A DNA stretch of 57,659 nt, taken from sequence record DRR723986_698. The stretch is one strand, 5' to 3'. The notes under the pieces are model-generated. The model searched no databases and was not told the origin of the DNA. It was given only the letters and a program-made list of their open reading frames with translations. Every line of letters starts with the position of its first letter. Positions within the stretch are counted from its first letter, which is position 1. Shown piece by piece: positions 49,470 to 57,659 of this stretch. Both the position numbers and the translations under genes were made by a program.

Positions 49470-49684
49470 CGCTATCCTCATTCGGCGCCGGGCAGCCTGC
49501 AGCCGATTTGCGCAAGGCCCTGGCGGTCAGTTTCGTGCCGCTCTCGCAAAGAAGGCGCACGTATAACGTCTGGTGCAGATGTTGGGTATCGTTTTTGTCA
49601 AACGGGCGCAAGCGCTCTGGATGACGCAGTCCGGGCCTGAAAGAGAAAGTTTTTCTGTTTTCCGGGCTTTGGCAGGAAACAGTG

Positions 49685-50086
49685 TCAATCGCCGCTGCGG
49701 AACGCGTCGATTTTCCGCCGCTCGCGCTTGGTCGGGCGACCGGCACCAGCCTCGCGCTGTGCAGGCGCAGGTGGCGGCGGGGCTTCCTTCGGCGGGGGCG
49801 GCGGCGACAGATCCTCGTAAAGCTTGCGGGCCTCTTCATAGGGACCGCGCCTGGTGCCCAGGGCAAGGATCTTGAGGACGAGGATACGGCGATCCAGTCC
49901 GATGGTCAGAACGTCGCCGGTTCGGACAGTCTTGCTGGCGGAATCGATCTTGTCCTTGTTCACCCGGACATGACCGGATGTCGCCAGCTTCTGGGCAAGA
50001 GAGCGGGATTTGGTGACCCTGGCGTACCAGAGCCACTTGTCGATGCGCAGGCTGCCGGCGGCAGCATTGTTTTGAGGCGCAGGAAT
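49685..50086 (-). CDS. S4-domain RNA-binding protein (Hsp15-like); start codon non-canonical or unresolved
   Basis: In-frame LRIDKWLWYARVTKSRSLA upstream of the ORF-track start; RRGP, GRPTKRERR. Confidence 0.85.
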   Translation of the reverse strand: MPAPQNNAAAGSLRIDKWLWYARVTKSRSLAQKLATSGHVRVNKDKIDSASKTVRTGDVLTIGLDRRILVLKILALGTRRGPYEEARKLYEDLSPPPPPKEAPPPPAPAQREAGAGRPTKRERRKIDAFRSGD

Positions 50087-53000
50087 TACTTCTTGTCCTT
50101 GCTGTCCATATTCGCCTTCAAGGCCATCAGGGCCGCGAAGGGCGAGTTCGGATCGATCGGCTTGTCCCTTGGGGCCTTGTCGCGACGGTTGCCACCGTCA
50201 AAGCCCTTCTGGCCGCCATGACCACCACGGCCGCGGCCTTCGCCTTTCGGTCCGCCCTTGCCGTGACGCTTCTCGCCCTGACCACCTTTGGCACCCTGGC
50301 CTTGGCCCTGGCCCCGGCGGTTGTCGCCGCCACGGCGCTGGTCCTGACGGCCGCGTGGACGGCGGTCATGCCGGCCCGGACGCCAGATCTCGATGGTCAC
50401 CGTTTCCAGTTCGGCTTCACCAGCAGTGGCCTCAGCAGCAGCGGTTTCGCCTTCCGTCTGTGCATCCGGCGTTGCTTCCACAACGGTGGTTTCAGCGGTT
50501 TCAACGGCTGCGCCTTCGGCAGATGCAGCAGCTTCGGCGGGGGCTTCCGCCGGTTCGGACACAGCTTCAGCTTCGGCAGCGGCCGGTTCGGAAGCGGCTT
50601 CGGCGCTCACGGCTTCGGCCGTTTCTTCCGTAGCCGGTGCTTCCGTTGCGGTTGCTTCGGCGGGAGTGTCGGCTTCGGTCGCAGCAGTTTCCGCCACCGG
50701 CGCTTCTGCCGTTGCTTCCGTTGCCGGTTTGGCTGCTACAGGGCGCTGCACTTCCTTGGTCTCGGACCGGTAGCCGAGGGATTTCAGCACGGCGGAGAAG
50801 TCCTCGCCGGCACAGCCGAGCAGCGATGTCATGGCAACGGTGACGGTGAAGCCGCCGCCGGTCGCGACCGCGCCTTCCGGCGGGCTGACTTCCGCATCAA
50901 GCGGCTTCCAGGCGATCAGCGGACGGATCAGGTCAGCCAGGCGTTCCAGAATGTCGACGCGAACGGCACGCGGGCCACAGACGCGGAAACCGACAACCTT
51001 GTAAAGCGCCTTGTCGATGGTTTCATCAACCGGGATGGACGTGCGGCCGGATGCAGACAGCTGTGGCAGCTCGGCCATGCCGTTCATGTCCAGCGAACCG
51101 TGCTTCAAGGCCCAGAGCTGTGCCAGCAGCTGGCTCGGCGCAGGCTTCAGCAGGGCGGGCACGAACACGGTGTAAGCACCAAAGCGGATGCCGTGCTTGC
51201 GCAGGCTGGCGCGCATGTCCTGGTCGAGCTGGCGGATCTCGTCAGCCGCTTCCTGGCGTTCCAGAATGCCGAGGCCCTCGACGATGCGGAACGCGATGCC
51301 GCGGGCAAGACCTTCCAGGCCTTCGCCGGCCTTCAGGTCGACAAGCGGTTTCAGCAGGGTATCGATCTGTGCCTTGACCCACAGATCAAGCCGCGCCTGT
51401 ACATTGTCGCGTGCCGGGCCGGTCAGATGTTCATCGGCCAGCAGCAGCACGACCGGCGTCAGCACCTCTTCTCCGGTGACGAGCTTGGCCACGGGTTCCC
51501 CGCGCCAGCGGATCACGGCTTCGGACGTCAGCACGAAATCGGAGTTCTCGGACTTGCCGAGCTTGTCCGCACGGGATTCGATTTCGGTGGTCAGGGCCTT
51601 TTGGGCTGCGGCACGCACGGTCTTGCCGTCCGGTCCTTCAGCTGCCGCGTCAGGGGCAAACCGGAAGCCAAGCAGATTCCCGATGTGCTGACCTTCCACG
51701 AGCACATCGCCGCTCGATGTAATTTCCGCTTCCAGCATTGCGTTCTCTCTCAAACGTCGCATCAATACACTTGTACGCCGATCCACGAACCGCTGCGTCA
51801 GCCGCTCGTGAAGGGCGTCAGATAGTTTGTCTTCTATGTCGCGCGTCTCGCCCTGCCAGTGGGCCGGATCGGCCAGCCAGTCGGGACGGTTGGCGACATA
51901 GGTCCAGGTCCGGATATGTGCAATCCGGTTTGCGAGAGTGTCGATATCACCATCTGTGCGGTCTGCGAAGGCCAATTGACGCGAGAACCAGTCATCGGCA
52001 ATCGCATTGTCCTGCATCAGGTGGGTGTAAATGGTGTTGAGCAACTCTGCGTGGTTCGCCGGGGCGATCTTACGATAGTCGGGGACCTGACACACGTCCC
52101 ATAACAATTCGACCGCATTTCCGCCCTTTGCCATGCCGGATATTGCGGGATCGCGCAATAAATGTTCAAGAGCGGTGATGTCGTCGCCAATGGGTGCCCT
52201 TGCGAGACCCTCTTCACGCGGCACCATGTCGAGGCTTGAGCGCAAGGCGTTTGCCGACGAAAAATCCAGCGCACTGTTGCGCCATTGCAGCACTTTCAGC
52301 CTGTCGAAGTGGTGGCTTTCGATCTGTTCGACCAAATCGTCGTCCAGCGGATCGACCCGTCCGGTCACGCCAAAGGTGCCATCCTTGGTGTGGCGGCCAG
52401 CCCGTCCGGCGATCTGACCCATCTCCGAGGCGGTCAGCTGGCGGTACTGGTAGCCGTCATATTTGCGGTTACCTGCAAAGGCGATGTGATGGACATCGAG
52501 GTTCAGCCCCATGCCGATGGCGTCGGTCGCGACCAGGTGATCGACATCGCCGTTCTGGAACAGTTCCACTTGTGCATTGCGCGTGCGCGGGCTCAGCGAG
52601 CCGAGCACCACGGCCGCCCCGCCGCGCTGGCGACGGATGAGCTCTGCAATGGAATAAACTTCGTCTGACGAGAAGGCGACGATGGCGGAACGGGCCGGCA
52701 GGCGCGAGACCTTCTTGGAGCCCGCATATTCCAGCACGGACATGCGCGGCCGCGTGACCACATTGATGCCGGGCAGCAGTTTTTCCAGCAGCGGACGTGC
52801 GGTCGCCGCACCCAGAAGGAGCGTTTCGGATTGACCGCGGACATTCAGGATGCGGTCGGTGAAGACATGACCGCGATCGAGGTTGCCCGCCAGCTGCACT
52901 TCGTCGATGGCGACGAAATCCGTCTTCAGGTCCAGCGGCATGGCCTCAACCGTCGAGACCCAGAACCGCGGGTTCTTCGGGACGATCTTTTCCTCGCCGG

Positions 53001-53217
53001 TGACCAGCGCCACCGCTTCCGGACCCGCGCGGTCGGCAACACGGTTATAGACTTCACGCGCGAGCAGGCGCAGCGGCAGCCCTATCAGCCCGGAAGGCTG
53101 GGCCAGCATGCGTTCAATGGCGAGGTGGGTCTTGCCGGTATTGGTTGGTCCGAGCACGGCCGTCACAGTGCGGGACCGGGCAGACGGCGGCAGCGGCAGG
53201 GTCTGGGGACGGGGCAT
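50086..53217 (-). CDS. Suv3-like SF2 helicase with low-complexity C-terminal tail
   Basis: GPTNTGKT, PLRLLAREVY, DEVQ, ATDAIGMGLN, QIAGRAGR; C-terminal DPNSPFAAL. Confidence 0.92.
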   Translation of the reverse strand: MPRPQTLPLPPSARSRTVTAVLGPTNTGKTHLAIERMLAQPSGLIGLPLRLLAREVYNRVADRAGPEAVALVTGEEKIVPKNPRFWVSTVEAMPLDLKTDFVAIDEVQLAGNLDRGHVFTDRILNVRGQSETLLLGAATARPLLEKLLPGINVVTRPRMSVLEYAGSKKVSRLPARSAIVAFSSDEVYSIAELIRRQRGGAAVVLGSLSPRTRNAQVELFQNGDVDHLVATDAIGMGLNLDVHHIAFAGNRKYDGYQYRQLTASEMGQIAGRAGRHTKDGTFGVTGRVDPLDDDLVEQIESHHFDRLKVLQWRNSALDFSSANALRSSLDMVPREEGLARAPIGDDITALEHLLRDPAISGMAKGGNAVELLWDVCQVPDYRKIAPANHAELLNTIYTHLMQDNAIADDWFSRQLAFADRTDGDIDTLANRIAHIRTWTYVANRPDWLADPAHWQGETRDIEDKLSDALHERLTQRFVDRRTSVLMRRLRENAMLEAEITSSGDVLVEGQHIGNLLGFRFAPDAAAEGPDGKTVRAAAQKALTTEIESRADKLGKSENSDFVLTSEAVIRWRGEPVAKLVTGEEVLTPVVLLLADEHLTGPARDNVQARLDLWVKAQIDTLLKPLVDLKAGEGLEGLARGIAFRIVEGLGILERQEAADEIRQLDQDMRASLRKHGIRFGAYTVFVPALLKPAPSQLLAQLWALKHGSLDMNGMAELPQLSASGRTSIPVDETIDKALYKVVGFRVCGPRAVRVDILERLADLIRPLIAWKPLDAEVSPPEGAVATGGGFTVTVAMTSLLGCAGEDFSAVLKSLGYRSETKEVQRPVAAKPATEATAEAPVAETAATEADTPAEATATEAPATEETAEAVSAEAASEPAAAEAEAVSEPAEAPAEAAASAEGAAVETAETTVVEATPDAQTEGETAAAEATAGEAELETVTIEIWRPGRHDRRPRGRQDQRRGGDNRRGQGQGQGAKGGQGEKRHGKGGPKGEGRGRGGHGGQKGFDGGNRRDKAPRDKPIDPNSPFAALMALKANMDSKDKK

Positions 53218-53364
53218 GGGGAGGCTTGTGATCGGCTTTCTTCGGATCGGCGCAAACGGATGGCGCCTATATCTGGTGTCGCGTGTCTAGCACAGCCGGG
53301 GCGGGCATGTCCTTATTCTTTTGGCCAGCCGGTCAGGTTTTTGAAGGTTGAAATATGTTGTGGA

Positions 53365-53379
53365 GAACGACTCTGGAAC
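53365..53379. promoter_or_regulatory. Alphaproteobacterial LexA box
   Basis: GAAC-GACTCTG-GAAC (GAAC-N7-GAAC) upstream of the helicase. Confidence 0.55.
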
Positions 53380-53649
53380 AAACCGAAACCGAATCGGCGA
53401 CTCCGGACGATTCAGGATTTGTTCCCTACGACATGTGGTTTGCGAGGTGGGTAGAGCCACAAAATCCTGAATCTGGTCAAGAGGTTGAGTCGTTTTGCGC
53501 GGTTGTGGCTGATTTGCTCCGAATCTCTGTCAATGATTAATTTTCCATAAACGCGTATCATCGCCGGAGGGAGAATGCCGTTTACCCGGGGACACAGGGT
53601 GAACGAATCTTGGACGAATCGCTGTTTCATGAAGGTTGCGGATTTGTTC

Positions 53650-53665
53650 TCACAAGATCTAGTGG
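53650..53665. promoter_or_regulatory. NrdR-box-like palindrome
   Basis: TCACAAGATCTAGTGG compared with consensus acaCwAtATaTwGtg; related sites at 53264, 53348 and 53426. Confidence 0.45.
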
Positions 53666-54016
53666 GTTTCCGGTAGAGCGGTGTCTACGCAGTTGGGCCG
53701 TCCGGAGGGTGATTTTGTCTTGCCGACAGGAATGTGTCCCGAAATGGTCAGCAGCCACGCAAGCCGGTTTTTGCGGTTTCGGCACCTGCCCTGATCTGAA
53801 AATTGCTGCGCTGCACCTTTTTCAAAAAGTCCGGGAGGATCTGGGGTTCAATCGAATTAGTGTTCGTTTTCCTACAGTTACGGGCGCAGACGCAAAATAA
53901 TTTTCCAAGTTAAAAAAAGGACATAGCTTCTGCCCCTTTTCAAGCGCCTCCGACCAAAGTAGAAATCTTGCCGAAACTGGCTTTTCGTTTTGCGTAAAAT
54001 TAGGGGGAGAAGGCGT

Positions 54017-57000
54017 TTGGCGATAACAAAAATTCTCGTTGCTAACAGATCTGAAATCGCGATCCGGGTGTTCCGTGCCGCCAACGAGCTGGGCATGAAG
54101 ACCGTTGCGATCTATGCCGAGCAGGACAAACTGGCATTGCACCGGTTCAAGTCCGACGAAGCGTATCAGGTCGGCAAGGGGCTCGGGCCGATCGAGGCGT
54201 ACCTCTCCATCGACGAGATTATCCGCGTTGCCAAACTCTCCGGTGCAGACGCCATTCACCCCGGTTACGGCCTTCTGTCCGAAAGCCCGGAATTCGTGGA
54301 TGCCTGCGAACAAGCCGGCATCACCTTCATTGGACCGAAGTCCGAAACCATGCGCCGCCTGGGCAACAAGGTGGCCGCGCGCAATCTGGCCATCGAGGCG
54401 GGTGTGCCGGTGATGCCGGCAACGGATCCGCTGCCGGACGACATGGACGAAATCAAGCGCCAGGCCGCCGAGATCGGCTACCCGGTCATGCTGAAGGCCT
54501 CCTGGGGCGGTGGTGGCCGCGGCATGCGCGTCATTCCGGACGAAGCGACCCTGGCCAAAGAAGTTCTGGCGGCCAAGCGCGAAGCCATGGCGGCATTCGG
54601 CAAGGACGAGATCTATCTGGAGAAACTGGTCCAGCGGGCGCGCCACGTTGAAGTTCAGATCCTGGGCGACGGCGAGAACGTGGTTCATCTGTTCGAGCGC
54701 GACTGTTCCATCCAGCGCCGCCACCAGAAGGTGGTCGAGCGCGCTCCGGCGCCGTATCTTTCGGCCGAAAAGCGGGCCGAGCTCTGTGAATATGGTCTGA
54801 AGATCGGCCGGGCCGTGAATTACCGCGGCGCCGGCACGGTCGAGTTCCTGATGGATGCCGACACCGGTGCCATCTACTTCATTGAAGTGAACCCGCGCGT
54901 CCAGGTGGAACACACGGTGACGGAAGAGGTCACCGGCATCGACATCGTCCAGGCACAGATCAAGATCTGCGAAGGCGAGAAGATCGGCACGCCGGAAAGC
55001 GGCGTTCCCTCCCAGGACAAGATCCGTCTCAACGGCCATGCCCTGCAGTGCCGCATCACGACGGAAGATCCGGAGCAGAACTTCATTCCGGATTACGGGC
55101 GCATCACCGCCTATCGCGGGGCGACGGGCTTCGGCATCCGTCTGGACGGCGGCACGGCGTATTCCGGTGCGGTCATCACCCGTTTCTACGATCCGCTTCT
55201 TGAAAAGGTCACGGCCTGGGCCCCGACGGCGGAAGACGCCCGCAAGCGCATGGACCGCGCCCTGCGCGAATTCCGTATCCGCGGTGTGGCGACAAACCTG
55301 GTGTTCCTGGAGAACATCATCAGCCATGCCGACTTCAAGGCCAGCAACTACACGACCCGGTTCATCGACGAGACGCCGGCCCTGTTCGAGCAGACCAAGC
55401 GTCAGGACCGCGCAACCAAGCTCCTGACCTATATCGCCGACGTTTCGGTGAACGGTCATCCGGAAACCAAGAGCCGCGCACGTCCGCCGAAGGATGTGGC
55501 CGCGCCCGTCATCCCGAACTTTGGCGATGCCAAGCCCTCCGGCACACGCCAGTTGCTGGACGAATTGGGTCCGAAGGGTTTTGCCGACTGGATGAAGGAC
55601 CAGAAGCGGACGCTGGTGACCGACACGACCATGCGCGATGCGCACCAGTCGTTGCTGGCAACCCGCATGCGGACCCACGATATCGTCAACATCGCGGATG
55701 CCTATGCAGCCGGTCTGCCGAGCCTGTTCTCGCTGGAATGCTGGGGTGGCGCGACCTTCGACGTTGCCATGCGTTTCCTGACCGAAAGCCCGTGGGAACG
55801 CCTGCACAAGATCCGCGAAAAGGCGCCGAATATCCTGTTGCAGATGCTGCTGCGCGGCTCCAACGGTGTCGGTTACACCAACTATCCGGACAATGTGGTC
55901 AAGTATTTCGTGGCGGAAGCCGCTGAAAACGGCATTGACCTCTTCCGCGTGTTCGACTGCCTCAACTGGGTGGAGAACATGCGTGTTTCCATGGACGCGG
56001 TCCAGGAAGCAGGCAAGCTGTGCGAAGGCGTGCTCTGCTATACCGGCGACATGCTGGACAGTGCCCGGCCGAAATACGACCTGAAATACTATGTCGGCCT
56101 TGCCAAGGAACTGGAAGCAGCCGGCGCACACATCCTGGGTCTCAAGGACATGGCCGGCCTGTTGAAGCCGGAAGCAGCCAAGGTCCTGATCCGGACGCTG
56201 AAACAGGAAGTCGGCCTGCCGATCCATTTCCACACGCACGACACTTCCGGCATCGCCGCGGCCACTGTTCTGGCAGCGGTCGAAGCGGGCGCCGACGCGG
56301 TGGACGCAGCCATGGACGCGCTGTCCGGCCTGACCTCCCAGCCGTGCCTTGGCTCCATCGTGGAAGCCCTGCGCGGTTCCGACCGTGATACCGGCCTCGA
56401 CGCCAAGACGATCCGCCAGATCTCGTTCTACTGGGAAGCGGTGCGGACCCAATATCGTGCCTTCGAAAGCGACCTGCGCTTCGGGGCGTCGGAAGTCTAC
56501 CTGCACGAAATGCCGGGCGGCCAGTTCACCAACCTCAAGGAACAGGCCCGTTCGCTTGGCCTGGAAACCCGCTGGCACGAGGTGGCGCAGGCCTATGCCG
56601 ACGTCAACATGATGTTTGGTGACATCGTCAAGGTGACCCCGTCTTCCAAGGTCGTCGGCGACATGGCGCTGATGATGGTCAGCCAGGGGCTGAGCGTAGC
56701 GGAGGTCGAGGATCCGGCGAAGGATGTCGCGTTCCCCGACAGCGTCGTCAAAATGCTGCATGGTGACCTCGGCCAGTCTCCGGGCGGATGGCCGGAAGCG
56801 CTTCAGAAGAAGGTTCTGAAGGGCGAAACTCCGATCACCGTGCGGCCGGGGTCGCTCCTGAAGGATGCCGATCTGGATGCGGAGCGAAAGACTGTTTCCG
56901 ACAAGACCGGCCACGGCATCAGCAACACCGAGCTTGCCTCCTACCTGATGTACCCGAAGGTGTTCACCGACTTCGACAAGGCCCAGCAGCAATATGGTCC

Positions 57001-57457
57001 GACGTCCGTCCTGCCCACCCCGGTCTATTTCTACGGCCTGGAACCGGGTGACGAGATCTCCGTCGATCTGGAAGCCGGCAAGACGCTGGTGATCCGCTGC
57101 CAGGCGATCGGCGAGACCGACGAGAAGGGCGAGAAGAAGGTCTTCTTCGAGCTCAACGGCCAGCCGCGCAATGTCAAGGTTCCGGACCGCGCCCACGGCG
57201 CTACCGGAGCTGCCGCAATGCGCAAGGCCGAGGACGGTAGTGCAGCACATGTAGGAGCACCGATGCCGGGCGTCATTTCCACGGTGGCGATCACCGCCGG
57301 CCAGGATGTCACCGCCGGTGATGTGCTGGTCTCGATCGAAGCCATGAAAATGGAAACCGCGCTCCACGCCGAACGCGACGGCAAGGTCAAGGAAGTCCTG
57401 GTCTCACCGGGTTCGCAGATCGACGCCAAGGACCTTCTGGTGGTCTTCGAAAGTTAA
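54017..57457 (+). CDS. pyc: Pyruvate carboxylase
   Basis: KILVANRSEIA, GGGGRGMR, RDCSIQRRHQK, RDAHQSL, WGGATFD, biotinylation motif EAMKME; TTG start. Confidence 0.97.
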   Translation: MAITKILVANRSEIAIRVFRAANELGMKTVAIYAEQDKLALHRFKSDEAYQVGKGLGPIEAYLSIDEIIRVAKLSGADAIHPGYGLLSESPEFVDACEQAGITFIGPKSETMRRLGNKVAARNLAIEAGVPVMPATDPLPDDMDEIKRQAAEIGYPVMLKASWGGGGRGMRVIPDEATLAKEVLAAKREAMAAFGKDEIYLEKLVQRARHVEVQILGDGENVVHLFERDCSIQRRHQKVVERAPAPYLSAEKRAELCEYGLKIGRAVNYRGAGTVEFLMDADTGAIYFIEVNPRVQVEHTVTEEVTGIDIVQAQIKICEGEKIGTPESGVPSQDKIRLNGHALQCRITTEDPEQNFIPDYGRITAYRGATGFGIRLDGGTAYSGAVITRFYDPLLEKVTAWAPTAEDARKRMDRALREFRIRGVATNLVFLENIISHADFKASNYTTRFIDETPALFEQTKRQDRATKLLTYIADVSVNGHPETKSRARPPKDVAAPVIPNFGDAKPSGTRQLLDELGPKGFADWMKDQKRTLVTDTTMRDAHQSLLATRMRTHDIVNIADAYAAGLPSLFSLECWGGATFDVAMRFLTESPWERLHKIREKAPNILLQMLLRGSNGVGYTNYPDNVVKYFVAEAAENGIDLFRVFDCLNWVENMRVSMDAVQEAGKLCEGVLCYTGDMLDSARPKYDLKYYVGLAKELEAAGAHILGLKDMAGLLKPEAAKVLIRTLKQEVGLPIHFHTHDTSGIAAATVLAAVEAGADAVDAAMDALSGLTSQPCLGSIVEALRGSDRDTGLDAKTIRQISFYWEAVRTQYRAFESDLRFGASEVYLHEMPGGQFTNLKEQARSLGLETRWHEVAQAYADVNMMFGDIVKVTPSSKVVGDMALMMVSQGLSVAEVEDPAKDVAFPDSVVKMLHGDLGQSPGGWPEALQKKVLKGETPITVRPGSLLKDADLDAERKTVSDKTGHGISNTELASYLMYPKVFTDFDKAQQQYGPTSVLPTPVYFYGLEPGDEISVDLEAGKTLVIRCQAIGETDEKGEKKVFFELNGQPRNVKVPDRAHGATGAAAMRKAEDGSAAHVGAPMPGVISTVAITAGQDVTAGDVLVSIEAMKMETALHAERDGKVKEVLVSPGSQIDAKDLLVVFES

Positions 57458-57479
57458 GATGCTGGCGACAGCATCAACC

Positions 57480-57514
57480 AAAGGCCGTCCGGATCCATTC
57501 CGGGCGGCCTTTTT
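57480..57514 (+). terminator. Terminator after pyc
   Basis: AAAGGCCGTCCGGA...TCCGGGCGGCCTTTTT. Confidence 0.8.
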
Positions 57515-57527
57515 GTGTCCACCTCGC

Positions 57528-57659
57528 CCGTCATTCCGAACCAGCGCGACGGAGCCGCGTGCAGATCCGGGAGCCAGATATCATTCGCGCTTCAAGCGCG
57601 TCTTTCTTCCAGCTTGAGGGTTCGCTGCGCTCACGCAGATGCGCTGGATTCCGGATCTG
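57528..57659. repeat. Palindromic intergenic repeat, family C copy 2 (cut by window end)
   Basis: CCGTCATTCCG...GATCCGGGAGCCAG...GTTCGCTGCGCTCAC...CTGGATTCCGGATC; inverted relative to 14697-14865. Confidence 0.8.

Noticed and set aside
53822-57367. 1181-aa minus-strand ORF
   Set aside because: Antisense shadow of pyc caused by high-GC codon bias; no recognisable motifs

Overview
GC-rich alphaproteobacterial chromosome segment. Gene content and intergenic repeats suggest a marine Hyphomicrobiales/Stappiaceae-type organism such as Roseibium/Labrenzia (inference). It is mostly core genes: msrQ-like, a CenR-like regulator, dapF-mtaB-ftsY, gloB, metXW, chorismate mutase-hisC-tyrC, ispA, cfa-mtgA, rpmF, ispZ, phbAB-phaR, rpmI-rplT, tRNA-Arg(CCT), rpoH, carD, fdxA, an Hsp15-like gene, a Suv3-like helicase and pyc. 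Accessory genes are interspersed. I found no CRISPR array, integrase, transposase or phage genes. The most interesting signals are: (1) a GntR/FadR-controlled DUF2182-DUF1326-acuI operon resembling the roseobacter DMSP locus without dmdA; (2) twin unannotated 24-aa membrane peptides in a block with sigma-EcfG-type promoters; (3) a helicase/pyc intergenic region with 9 GANTC sites in about 250 bp plus LexA-like and NrdR-like boxes; (4) an Hsp15-like gene with no canonical start codon; (5) an orphan Cys/His papain-fold protein; (6) two small proteins behind a perfect CtrA box and a CRP/FNR-type palindrome; (7) a 48-aa secreted peptide; (8) three families of palindromic intergenic repeats. All family calls come from motif recognition by eye; no database searches were run.
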